A DNA stretch of 63,290 nucleotides, filler included, from Basidiobolus ranarum (lineage: Eukaryota): assembly GCA_040143965.1 (NCBI GenBank). It is 2 parts of 2 records of this genome, joined end to end, with 100 filler letters (N's around TTAATTAATTAA, not from the genome) between each part and the next. Parts side by side here need not be neighbours in the genome. Positions count along the whole stretch, not along the records: positions 1 to 31,734 come from JASJQH010000088.1; 1 more part is not named here. One strand, 5' to 3'. The notes under the pieces were generated by a model that saw nothing but the letters and a program-made list of their open reading frames with translations, ran no database searches and had not been told where the DNA came from. Positions 13,201 through 25,450 of the stretch are shown piece by piece. Each line of letters opens with the position of its first letter. Positions within the stretch are counted from its first letter, which is position 1. A program made the position numbers and the translations under genes.

Positions 13201-14616
13201 CACTGGTGAAATGATTGCTGTCAAGCAAGTAGATGTACCCAATATGTACCAATCTGTTCGTCAGCAGAAAGCAGTGGTTAGTATAATATCAGACCAATAC
13301 GAAGTATAGACAATCCATTAATCCTCAAATTGTTAGGCCACCCTATATGCTGAGATTGATCTGTTGAAAAATCTGGAACATGAAAATATTGTTCAATATT
13401 TGGGTAAATATGTTTACCTCTAATTTAAGCTACTCCCACCAAGACTCCTAACGACAATGATATAGGATTCGAAGTGACAGAAAATACAATCAATATCTTC
13501 CTTGAATATGTACCTGGTGGAACGATATCTAGCGCTCTGGCTATACACGGAGCACTCCCTGTCAACGTGATCAAATCGTTCGTAAAGCAGACACTCCTCG
13601 CCTTGGAGCATCTTCATGAGCGAAAGATTTTACACCGAGTAATGCTCACAATATTCATACTATACCATGTTATAATTATATTGAGCCAAACCCCATATAG
13701 GATATCAAAGGAGCCAATATACTAGTTGATACGGATGGCGTTTGTAAGATCTCGGACTTTGGAATATCTAAGAAAAATGGTGATTATCTTATCAGCCTTG
13801 CTCTATTCACTACTATTTACATACTGACGTTGGAAATTTTAATTAGATGACCGAATCGCTTATGCTAGTGACTCGAGAATGTCTTTACAGGGATCCGTCT
13901 TCTGGTAAAAACAAATCGAAACATATAGCATTGTAAAATTTTAGTAACTTTGATCGGAACAATAGGATGGCACCTGAGGTTATCAAAAATAACGGATACA
14001 GCGCTAAAGTCGATATTTGGTATGTTGTATTGGATGATAGCTCATATCAAATCGGTTCTCATTATTATTTAATTCAAACAGGAGTCTTGGTTGTTTATTG
14101 ATTGAAATGTGGTCTGGACATAGACCTTGGTTGGAATTTAATGAAATTGCTACTATGTGGAAGGTAAATCAATTTGCTATTTCTGGTTGATATTTACCTT
14201 TATCTAATATCGTTGTTTAGCTTGGGACTATGCAAGGACCACCCTACCCTGAGAATCTAACTGACGATGCTCGTGATTTCCTGGACAAGTGTCTAACAAT
14301 GTACGTGCAAGATTGATTACTTCTCTTTGAAGATATATACGTGTACCAGCTGAATACTAACTCATCAACTGTTTACTATCGCAGTGATCCTGATGAACGT
14401 CCTACTGCTTCTGAACTCCTAGCGCATCCCTTCTGTCAGTTAGACGAAAACTTCAAATTTAGTGACTTTTATACAATCGACCCTAATTTCTCACCTAGTA
14501 CTAATACCAAAACCAACTGGACTTCTATATCACCCGAGCCAAATTCCATTTCACGGACCAAGGAAGAAGTTCAACAAGAAAGCGAGAATGGAAATGGGAA
14601 TGCTGTATGTGTATAA
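10276..14616 (+). CDS. BCK1: MAP kinase kinase kinase, Bck1/Mkh1 type, with N-terminal SAM domain; multi-exon
   Basis: SAM-like WDLKAVLTWLEDNDF...ENDIHGKTFFEL. Bck1/Mkh1 motif RPSADHISRNLDFYFPNHDLDQP followed by RRKSTKLW. Kinase motifs WVKGSLIGKGSFGKVY, AVKQV, HRDIKGANIL, KISDFG, GSVFWMAPEV are assembled across GT-AG introns. Confidence 0.9.
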
Positions 14617-16240
14617 AACCTCAATGGTTGATGCTCCTAACTCCAACATAAGATAGTCACGATATCATGACCATGACCATGACCAAAAAACCTAACCCTT
14701 ACACATACGCATACACAGTCATCAACATTTGTAGTTTAATCATTTTCATTTGTTTAATTCTAATCCTAGTCAATTCATGATGTTTATTCCATTATAATCA
14801 CTCTAATCATATTTATACCCCTGTTCACGCTTCTCTTTCTCCTCCCTCTCCCCTCCCCCTTTCACTCTTTCTTTTTCTAACCCTCATCCAGATCTCTTAT
14901 CCTTAGTTCATTCCTTCTTCTATACAATATTACCATAACTTTTCTACCACTTAGATATCATATCTACTTGGTATTTAATTTTTTTCCATTAAAGATAAGA
15001 TTCTCTTCCCTAAAATGCTTTGCACCAAAATGTCAGGAATAGGATAGAACAACATGGATTTAGTAAGGTACCTTCCAGTAGCTGAATCTCCACTAAGGGC
15101 AATAGTCACGGTAATATTCAAAAGAAGCAAGTGTCCCAAAGCAGGCAATTATGGCTTTTCTGTGTTTAGATGACAACGAACAGTTACCCTGTAATGAGTA
15201 CCCTTCTATGGGTAACACTACTGGGACTGATTGACCAAATTGGCACGAATGTTGATTTTCACCTGTACCTGAGTACCCGTACCCTAATTCGTACCCGTAC
15301 CGGATCTATACCCGTCTATCTATCACCCGGTGTGTTTATGGAAACAAGGCATTAACATAATTCCACTGGAGATTCTCTTTATAGAACTTAATATTAGGAT
15401 CCAACTTCAGTTAATATACTAGGTTGAATTTGGATCCATTCAACCAAATCTAACCATCTATGGTGATCTAGATTCAAGTGTTTGGTAAGGCCCGTGAATT
15501 CAGATATTAAATGTATTGGAATTAGGAAGATTTAGCTACCAATGACTCCCCTAATCCCACCCATTACCCACTAAAATTGGGCCACATTAAAAATTTCAAT
15601 CCCTAGATCGAATCGAATTCAACCACTCGGTGTATATACCCAACCCAAACTGTGGTGAATGTGGCTATTTTTATTGGGTGGGGGGCATTTCTATAGTATA
15701 TTGAGTTGAAAAAAGATGGAATTCTATATCTGTGCAGTACATAACCACATTCACCCATATAATCACATAACCCTTTTACTTGACACTAACTTGGAAATAT
15801 GTAAAATGCTCATCTAACTCTAACTAGGATCGTTGCAGTCATGAGAAAAAGAATGTACTTATGGAATATCTCACTCACTCTCACTCTCACCTTCATCTAA
15901 TCTACTTACTAATCTGCTCACTCAAAACAGGTTCGCGTACTCAACCATAAACAAATATTACCACGCGAGTAAACCAATCATCTTCACCGATCCACTCCTC
16001 TAAAATCATTGACCAATCAAAAGGGGATTTCCCATGTAGCCAACCGTAACCAAGAACATTGTTGACTAATTCCATAGTCCTGTGGATATAAAGGAAGACA
16101 GTTATTGTGATATATAAGGAAGAGACTTGCCTCTGCTATAAGGAATCTAATTCAATTTTACGTACCCACACCCTCACTCAATACCTTTTAAGACTTTGAA
16201 ATTTCACTTGCAATCTTTTGACAACTAACAATACGCAAAC

Positions 16241-17567
16241 ATGGGTCGTAAAAAGATCCAGGTTACACTTCATTGTCGTAGTTATTGTTACCATCGCCTA
16301 TCCTAATATCCATTTATTCCCTACATAGATTAAGACTATCGAGAATGATCGTCAGAAGACTGTGACATTTACTAGAAGAAGAGGAGGTCTGATAAAAAAA
16401 GCCCATGAATTGGCCGTCTTGTGCGAATGCAAGGTGGTTCTATTGATGTTCGACTCGAAAGATGAATGTCACATGGTAATTTTCCTTTTAACCTATCCAT
16501 TCTATATCTTAGCTAACCCTAAACATATTTCAGTATTCTTCCGAAGAGGATCCGGATGAACTGATAGGAAAATATTACAGCAAAGAATTTCATTCAGGTG
16601 ATTCTAAAGTATGTATCACTTACAATTTACCTTGTCAAATCTTTCCTAAATTAATGAATCTTTGGAATTGCTAGAAACGAAAGCTATCTAAACTTGACGA
16701 TGAGTAAGTATTCTTCAGCATCGTTTTATCTATATTTATATATTGATCTTCTTCTTTCAGTCCGTTTACACCTGGTCTTATTCAAGAGGAAGTGAATGAA
16801 ACTACGCCTACAGTCAATGAGTATAAGATCATGACCAACGGGGACGGTTCTGAAAACATTCAGGTTAAGCAAGTAAAGGGCGTCGGTAATAACTCGGGTA
16901 TCAATTCCAATGGACAACAATGTATTACATTCGAACCAATTACAACTACGGCGGATGACTTTATGGTGCCAACGACTTCAAGTCAACCTTGTAGTGAGAT
17001 CTCGACTCCACCTAACCTGATGAATGAAGAAAGCACACTATCTTATGTATCGCAAGAGCAACATCAACCAAATATCGTTGCTCATGAACCTTTCCTCAAC
17101 ACATCTTCTACCCTCGAATCGTCTATAAGCTCAGGTCTAATATCGAATCCCGAGTTCTGCTTTGTACCAGCAGGTTCCTATAATACAATGTGCAAAACTG
17201 GATTAACAGAAGGGGATCTGTGTGGAAGTGCCACAACGTCACCTAGTTCGGAATCACCACCAGAAATGTACCAGCTATATCCACCACATGATTCCAACCA
17301 AATTCCAGGCCATCCTCCCAACCAAATCATTAACTGTTTAGGTAAGATCTGATTGATCTATTTTGATAGCCATGATCAATTTATACTAATCCAAACAATA
17401 ATTCAGAAGATATACCACACCATTCCCACATGGACTTGTCAAATGCAAATATTCCATATACCAACTACTTTCCGAACTTGGACCCAAATGCTATAAACCT
17501 TTGGGGATGGCCGTCGGGTATCAAAACCGATCCATTTAACCAGATGATTTCCTTCAAAGGAAGTTAA
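16241..17567 (+). CDS. MADS-box transcription factor, MEF2/Rlm1-like, multi-exon
   Basis: MGRKKIQ/IKTIENDRQKTVTFTRRRGGLIKKAHELAVLCECKVVLLMFD followed by a S/P/T/Q-rich tail; final exon ends ISFKGS* at 17567. Confidence 0.9.
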
Positions 17568-18649
17568 CCTTTCTGTTGATTACACATGTATAGTTCCTGA
17601 CCGCTCCCTGGTTTATTCCACCTCTCCTCTCCCCTATCCACTCCTTACCTTTCCCTTCCTTCCTTTACCTTACCCACCCCTCAAGTACACCTTTGTTATA
17701 TTTTATCCTTCACACGTTAGCATAGAAAATTCCCCCTTGTATTTTGAATCAGAATTTTAGAAATCATCTAACCCTAACCCTATTTGTTACCCTCTTCTGT
17801 GATCCTTGCTCTACCAGTAAATTATACTGAGATACAAACAACTTACAAAATTTAAAATTTCAAAGTAGATGGAAACCACTTACTACTAGTTAATCAGTCA
17901 TTCACTTTGTCATATAACAGCGTAAAGAATTTGAATACTAATCTAATGAGGATCGTTATCAAGATCAACTTGATATTTATTTTCTATGAATTACAAGTGA
18001 GGAAGAAAGTTCAACCATATTATAATAATCCACCTAGTCCACTAAATGGATTCCTCATTTCTTGCTCTAATTCTACTTCCTAAAATATTCATGTTAATAT
18101 ATCGTCATTTAAATTTCTGTTAAAGTGAAAGAGGTTATATACCTTGAACTTCTTCGTTCCTTGAAAGTACCATTGAGTTGAGACTTCCTTTTCACACGAG
18201 TACGATTTTTCACAGAATAGGTGATCAAAATGGTTGCTTCGTTCTTGAATCGTAAATATGGGGAGTTTGGTGAATACTCTTGGTTCGTACACTGCTCTAG
18301 ATGTGGCAGTATTGGTGTGTTTGCTGGCTGAGGACATGTTGCGGATTGTCGTATGTACGAAGTTGGTTTGTATACAAAATGGACTGTCAACTCCCCCATA
18401 TATATATCTACAATTCGCAATCACCTTGATTGGTTGTATCGGAGAAGATCACTTCATCACGTGACATGATGCACACGAGAACGAATGAAAAGTAAGGTTA
18501 ATTTTATTTGAGTATCTCGTTTGACATACTTATGATGTAACTGATCAAGGTTATGTATTGCCATGATCTTACGTAGATGATGATATTTATGTGTAAAAAC
18601 AAGCATTCAAAAGCATGGCATAGGGCATGGGTCTACATGATGTTTATAT

Positions 18650-20356
18650 CTACTTTTGACCACATCTAATTTGCTCCTCTTTGTACCAATTGGGAGCTTC
18701 TATTTGGCCATCTTCAAGAGTGGTGTTATAATCATAATGCACCAAGAGTTCTTCATCTTTGGCTATGTCCTTCAGAGTTCTAATGCTCTTGATCTCACCA
18801 AATCTAGGGTGTAAATAGGTATCGTATTGACAATTATTATTGAACTGATGGTTGCATTTATGCCCTAAGGTTGCCACATAGTTCTTGGTGTCTGAGTAAA
18901 ACGCAGTGACATCAATGACTGTCTCATCATCTAATGATATAGTGTTATCATTCAAGGACCAATCTCTGGAGTCAACCTATACTCTACTTATTAGACCAAC
19001 GAATTCGAGGCTCCTGACCAATGTGCTTACTTACCTCTTCGTGAGTGATTCGAATGCCATTGTAGAATGATGCCACTTCCTAACAAATATTCGTTGGTTA
19101 GGAATCGAAAGATGGTTGAGTGATAGGGATATATGTATATATATATATGGATGTAGATTTGCTTTATACCCCTTTCTTCAAATCTCGTTTAGCAAACAAT
19201 CCTTCTCCAGAATTCGGAATCTTGGATTTCTGGACATAAACACGGGACGTTTCATATGGATCCCGAAGTAATGGATCTTTGGAAATGATGGTATCGGTGG
19301 ATATATCTTGAGTGTAACTGATTTCGGAATCTTAAAATATGCCGGGTTTTAGCAAGTCTAGAACCATTTCCATGTGATATATATATATGTATGTATGCAT
19401 TTAAACCTTTAACTAACTCTCCGTTCTTTTGAATATAATATTGTGCAGATACCATCTCACCATCCTAAGACCTCACAGTTAGTGAATGACTCGATAAATT
19501 CCATGAATCATAGATATAATTACCTCCCAAGTTCCTTTCAAACAACTACCATCAGGAAATTCATATGTGCACTGACTACCTGTAACTTCCCCCTCTTCAT
19601 TAAGAGAACCAGTTAAGTTACCACCATCCTACGAGTTAAAGTGAGTAGAAATAGAGGATATTTTGAATAAAAAGAAATCATTTACCTCAAAGTAAAACTT
19701 TCCAATACCACTACGAATATTGTCTTTGTATTCTCCTTCGAAAGTTAATTCACCCTCTTCATCATACTCTTTTGCTGGTCCATTCAAATCTCCATGCTCA
19801 TAGGTTCCCTCTACACCAAATGGTTAACCAAATAAAATACCACCTTCTTTATGTTGAAGAAATTAATATACCTATATAACTACCATTGGCAAAAATATAT
19901 TTTCCGGAACCGTGAAGTTCATCCTCAATATATTCACCAGATAAAGAACTACCATCCTCAAAGTATAAACTAAGAAAGTAGGAGTTTTTTTTAAAAACAA
20001 AAAGAAAATCAAGTATTCGTTTGCTTAGTAAAACTAATACTCCATTTATAAAATATTACCACGAATACTTACCAACCATAACCATATCTATAGAAAATTT
20101 TTTAACCATAGGTAAAACATAATTATTCAAACATATCCTTCTAAAAATATATACTAATATTCGATTCTTCCTAAATAAAGGTAACTTACTTCTCGCCTTG
20201 TTTAAACTCTCCAATAAACTTCACTCCGGATTTCTCATATGTTAATTCCCCTTTACCGTGGTATTCTCCAGCTTCATTCAACTCCCCCTTGTAAGTTGGT
20301 ATTTCATCCATCTCCATGGAATCTTCATAATCGCTAGCCTCTTCCGAACTGGACAT
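18650..20356 (-). CDS. SETD7: SETD7 (SET7/9)-like lysine methyltransferase, MORN repeats plus SET domain, multi-exon
   Basis: MORN-like YKGELNEAGEYHGKG and GEYIEDELHGSGKYIF. SET region DPYE...GEGLFAK...FYNGIRITHEEVDSRDWSLNDNTISLDDETVIDV...ATLGHKCNH...HPRFGEIKSIRTL...EELLVHYDY...EAPNWY closely follows animal SETD7. Confidence 0.9.
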
Positions 20357-20683
20357 GATAACTTTAAACTGTATCAAATGAATTATCTTGGTCAGTTCAG
20401 GTATATATATAATTCATTTTCATATCGATATCACATGATCGAGGATGGAAAAAGAAAAATTCATGGTTATGGGTTATAATTTCATTTCTAACAGTTCACA
20501 TTCCAAAAAAAAACAAGAACAATTCATCAGGTAAATTATATGATAAAGGAGAATTTATTTTAAAGAGGATGTTTCATAACAACGTTTAGAATAAGGTCTG
20601 GTTTCCAATGGGTAGGAATTTCATCGTAAAAGAAAAAATGATGTCGTGTCTAATATCAATTGATATGATCCACTCGAGACATC

Positions 20684-21038
20684 TTAGTTGGCCTTCTTAC
20701 GGAAAGAACAACCTTCGGTCAAACGGGCACGACCACCGGTAGGTTGGCAGAGAACAGTAGCGCAAGAACCGCACAAGACGACAGTTTGGGCATGGGAGAA
20801 AACGGTGGTAATGTTGAAACAACCGGGGCACTTAACATCCATGAAATAGGAGTTAGGAGATTGCACCAAACGCTTAAGCTTGTGAGTGTTCTTCTCGTGC
20901 TCGAGAGTAGGGTTAAGGAGATCGACAGCCAACTAAAGAAGAACAATTCAATTAAACTTATCCATCTAACAAAATGAATCCATCCGTCTAACTAATCAAT
21001 TCATCATATACACTGTTGTTAATATCACTTACCACCAT
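20684..21038 (-). CDS. RPS27: 40S ribosomal protein S27 (eS27); 6-nt first coding exon, one intron
   Basis: ATGGTG|gtaagt...ttag|TTGGCT gives [10 protein letters not shown]...[21 protein letters not shown]...CSFRKK. Confidence 0.97.
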
Positions 21039-21394
21039 GTTTTACGATTGTACACCTGGATGGACCGCTAAACAAGCGAAAAAGAGAGATTCCCTGGCGT
21101 TCGTAAATTCATTTTATACCACGTCAGATACCCAAAGCTGTCGCTACCCCTCGTGATTGGGTAGATCTAAATCAGGAGGGTTATTTAAGAATCATCGAAT
21201 CAATAAATTTTGTAACCAAGTTGATGCTAAATTCAGCTCACGAAATTCAGTTCGCTGCCTTGTTGAAATAATATATTATGGTCTATAACGTCTATTACAC
21301 AGGCCAATGTGACTGAAAGATGATTTATTTGTATGTTGTAAATGAAAACAATGAGGATGCTAGATGATCATTAACATGCATTCAAGGAAGAGGA

Positions 21395-23802
21395 TCAAGA
21401 GTTCATTACGAATTCGATATCTTCTACCTCCTTTGGCGCAGTGACCGACAGGACAACTGGGTCTTCTTTGCCAACCAGGACGTTGTCTTCAATACGAATT
21501 CCAATACCTTGGTACTCTTTAGGGAACTTGTCATCATAAGGAACATACAACCCAGGTTCTACACGTTGACATACATTAGGCCTGATGATAGAATCTACTA
21601 CTGAGAATGTTAAGACCACTTACCAATTGTGACTACCATCCCAGACTGTAGCTTACGGCTGCGTGTCATGTCAAATGTATCGTGAAGATCGAGACCGAGA
21701 TAATGGCCAACGTGATGTGGGTAAAGAATTCTATCAACATCCTATATGGTCCACAGTTGGTTAGCAGCCACGACAAATACACCGTAAACGAATTCATACC
21801 CATTTATCTAATTTGAATCCAAGTTTTCCTAATTCTTCCTTCATCAAGCCTACTGACTCATCGTGAACTCGGTTCAGAGAGTTGTTGTTACTTTCTGTGC
21901 ACATCTAAGCAAGCAAATATAGGATAAACAAAGTGATTGCGAATGGGGTAATGCTTCATATGGGGTCTCTAACCTTGATACATTGCTTTTGTACATTCAA
22001 AACGGCCTTGTAGAGATCTTTTTGTTGCTTGGAGAATTTACCGTTGACGGGCCAAGTACGTGTTATATCACTCGCATAACCGTTGTATTCCTACCGTATC
22101 AAATCCGTTATTCTCAATTCCCATAAATAATTCACATGTCATTGAATACTTACGCCTCCAGCATCTACGAGTAACAGATCACCCTCTCTGATAATCAACA
22201 CAGTTAGAAAATATTTGGAATAGAAGTTTCAGAGATTCGATGCAGTACCTTAATGCTTGGTTGTTACTAACATAATGCATAGTCAAAGCATTTTTGCCAC
22301 CAGCTACTACTGGAACATAAGCTAGCATTTGAGAACCTCTTTGACGGCACTCATATTCGAACAATGCCGAGATGGTTTGTTCGGATACACCAGGTCTGGT
22401 AGCCTTCATGATCTAAAGAATAACTCATGGTAAGAGCCTTGTGGTATGTAAATAGTCTAGCGTAAATCCGCACTACCTCAATGAAACTTTTCCCGCTTAT
22501 TTCGCCAGACTCTCTCATCAACCTAGCCTCAGCTTTGCTTTTGAAGAGTCGATGCTCTTGGATGATAGGTGCTAGGGGCTTGATTTTCGATGAAGCATTC
22601 TCTTCAAAAACCATTAATATTTTCTCGTGTTGACATTCATTTGATATTTGTCAGGTACCTTTGGAAGTAAGTGATTTTACTGCATGCTCATATGAGTAGA
22701 GTGCTATCGGGTCAGGAAAGTCCACATATACAGGACCGTCGGAATTGAAAAGGTCGCGAATATGATGGCCGAATTTCGCGTACTCGTGTGCCTAATTTTC
22801 CAACAAAGATAAGTATCCGATATCACGCTATATTAACGCTAGCATCTAGGTTAGATTTGATCAAACCTCATCAGCTCCGAAGTAATCGACGGCGGCTTCC
22901 AACCCCGCGCGTGCACCTTCCCATAATTCGATTTCTGGCTTCTTGGGTTGAACAAACATAGACATAGTATATCCACGTTCGGTAGAATCATCCTTTTCTA
23001 GATCCCATACAATTAATACTTGGTTAATTATCAAAACTATACGGTTGGCTGTCACTGAGTTATTCACTCACCTAGTACTGTAACCGCATCTGGTTGATTG
23101 TAACCTAAAGGAGGTCAATAAATCACTTAGTAACCGCCATTGAGAATTAAAGGGCCATAGCAAATCCTTGAATTTCAGTAAGGTTCAATGGAACGAAGGC
23201 TAACCCGTAAGATACAAAAAGTCCGTATTTTGATGAAACGGATAACTACATGGTCCACAATAGTCAAGTTAGAAATGACCTATTCCAATATCGATGCTGG
23301 ATGTTGTGAATAATTGCTTACAATATTTTGTGAGACATATAACGCAACTTGTGCCCAAACAATATCACCTTACTCTTCTCTGGTAAAGAAGTGATGAGTT
23401 TAGTTCTACGTAGTTCATATTCAACTTTGGAGATTCCTGGGGTAACTATAGTATAATTAAACGTGATTAGAGGTCGAAAAGGAATGGTACTATATTCTGT
23501 CTAGAGAATAGAAACCTTCATCCTCCTTCATCAAGTATGGGTGAGTTTCGGGGGTAGGCTGTCCAAGAGAACGTAAACCACGAACTACGGTCAAATTAAA
23601 GCCTTCAAAAAAGGGAGTTTAGATATAAATATTCATATTGAAAACATGGCTATTCGAGAGCGGAACATGCAGCTGTTTACCTTGCTTTCTCACGAAAGGT
23701 TTGGAGACTATGCGTAAATAATTCTACATGGTTGAAGGATTTTCAGTCAAAATATATATTTTGGTGTATCGAGAGGAACGATTCTCTGGGGATATTCACC
23801 AT
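21395..23802 (-). CDS. ICP55: Mitochondrial Xaa-Pro aminopeptidase (M24B), Icp55/XPNPEP3 type, multi-exon
   Basis: [91 protein letters not shown]. Predicted first exon is the ATG alone (23800-23802). Confidence 0.9.
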
Positions 23803-24838
23803 ATGAGAGGCATATAGAGAAATAGAATATTCATACCATAGCCGAGTAATTATCAAGTATATTAACGAATACGCAGAGACAAGGTTTATCACTCGTGTGA
23901 GGCACCAGATATGTTCAAAATTTTGGTTCGGCTAGGTAGAATTTTTATTGCGCAATTTGGAAATTTAAATGGATTGGTGTTTCTACTAGTCAAGGCCTGC
24001 TTGAATTCGATCATATGTGGCATGTATGTAGATGGGAAATTACAACTCGTTAAGCTGTGACTGGTATGGTATGAATGGCATTTGGATTAGCCAAGACCAG
24101 TTTGGATGCTGTGATGGCGTCTATACTTGTCCAATACATCTACGTGTGGATATGCGTGTAGATATGCGTGTACACCGCCATATGTTGCAAATTCAAATAG
24201 TCTGACTTAAATCTGAATACTCTTCGAATGCTAGCTGAACTTGTGCATTATCATCTGGTAAATCTCCCATATAAAGCTTCTTTTTTTCTCCAATCAACTG
24301 AATTCAATTTCATTTTTTTCTCTTTTCTATTGGTAAACTACCTGTGAGTTCTTTCAGATCGAGGCTTGATTTGCTCATCGTAGCTGAGAGTCGTATTTCA
24401 GATGGGGAATTTCTCACCAATCATTTTACCCTCACTCAATTCTTCTTCCCTAATATAGCCTTATTCTACAATATATTCGTCGCATCTTCCCTATTCTTAC
24501 GGAGTTTTCTTAAACGACTTTAACTGAGTTCCTCTCTGTTGGGGGACAATTAGTGAAATAATCTACCTTATTTTCACCAACTCTTAATACAGCTTCTTTT
24601 ATTGACTACACTATACGTAGTCAGCACCTTTAATTCTAGTTGGAACTTTGTAAAAGTTCGTTACATTGGTGATTTCAATAGCTTCTTTTACGCTTTGCTT
24701 TTACCCCTTTTACACAACGAAACTGTCTACCTGTTTCATATCATTTTTAGTGCTTGCCACTTCCGCAATTAAGCTTAAAGCACAACCGAAAACCTGACAC
24801 CACTACCTTTAACAGTGACCGAACAAACTAATTCTAAT

Positions 24839-25450
24839 ATGTTGTTTCCAAGATCTCATTTTACTGCTACTGCTGTACGTCCTTTGATAGCTCGTTCAAC
24901 GTGTCAGAGTGCTTCTCGGCCACCTACGAGTACTCCTATTCGACAATTGCGTACGAATTCGCTTGTGAGCAACACTACACACCCCTCTGTAATAGCACCA
25001 ACGCTTAATCGTTTTCGCGGTTCATTATTACCACAATCTTCCACCCCTGGAGTGACCATGTTAAACAACGAGTCTCGTTCTCACTTTCATTCGGTCGCGG
25101 CGGAATCTTTTTATCCTTCAAATAACCAATTATTTGGAGAATTCTCATATACTAATACCCCTTCATACTTTGGAAGTACTAGTGCCTCCTTGACGTCGTT
25201 GTCGACTTCTCCGCCACAAAGTGATTCTGAACTTACTTGGGAGGACTTCACATTATATGATGAGGAAGGTCTTGGTGGTGATTTTAGCTGGGATATTGGT
25301 GGTGTTACACCTGCGCTGTTCGCTCCACTGGCTGAGGTTTTCGCTTCAGCTATCTCCAATACTAATGAAGGTAAAACCAGTGACTCTGAGTTAGAACAAG
25401 AGGGAGCATTTGTTTCCGACGAAGACAACCACTCCTATGACAGACAGTAA
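24839..25450 (+). CDS. Hypothetical protein (~203 aa), basic S/T/R-rich N-terminus and acidic C-terminus
   Basis: Long open frame in AT-rich surroundings with raised GC; ATG at 24839. No domain recognised. Confidence 0.6.
   Translation: MLFPRSHFTATAVRPLIARSTCQSASRPPTSTPIRQLRTNSLVSNTTHPSVIAPTLNRFRGSLLPQSSTPGVTMLNNESRSHFHSVAAESFYPSNNQLFGEFSYTNTPSYFGSTSASLTSLSTSPPQSDSELTWEDFTLYDEEGLGGDFSWDIGGVTPALFAPLAEVFASAISNTNEGKTSDSELEQEGAFVSDEDNHSYDRQ

Noticed and set aside
15180-15330. Clustered ACCCGT/GGGTAA motifs resembling MITE subterminal repeats
   Set aside because: No terminal inverted repeats, target-site duplication or second copy found in the window.
21308-21315. CAGTCACA (Homol D-like box) upstream of RPS27
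   Set aside because: About 270 nt from the ATG, inside the probable ICP55 3'UTR, and the same 8-mer occurs elsewhere in the window (e.g. ~9269, ~24056).
23724-23729. Apparent nonsense codon right after the ICP55 ATG (pseudogene or readthrough)
   Set aside because: Better explained as a splice acceptor for an upstream ATG-only exon.
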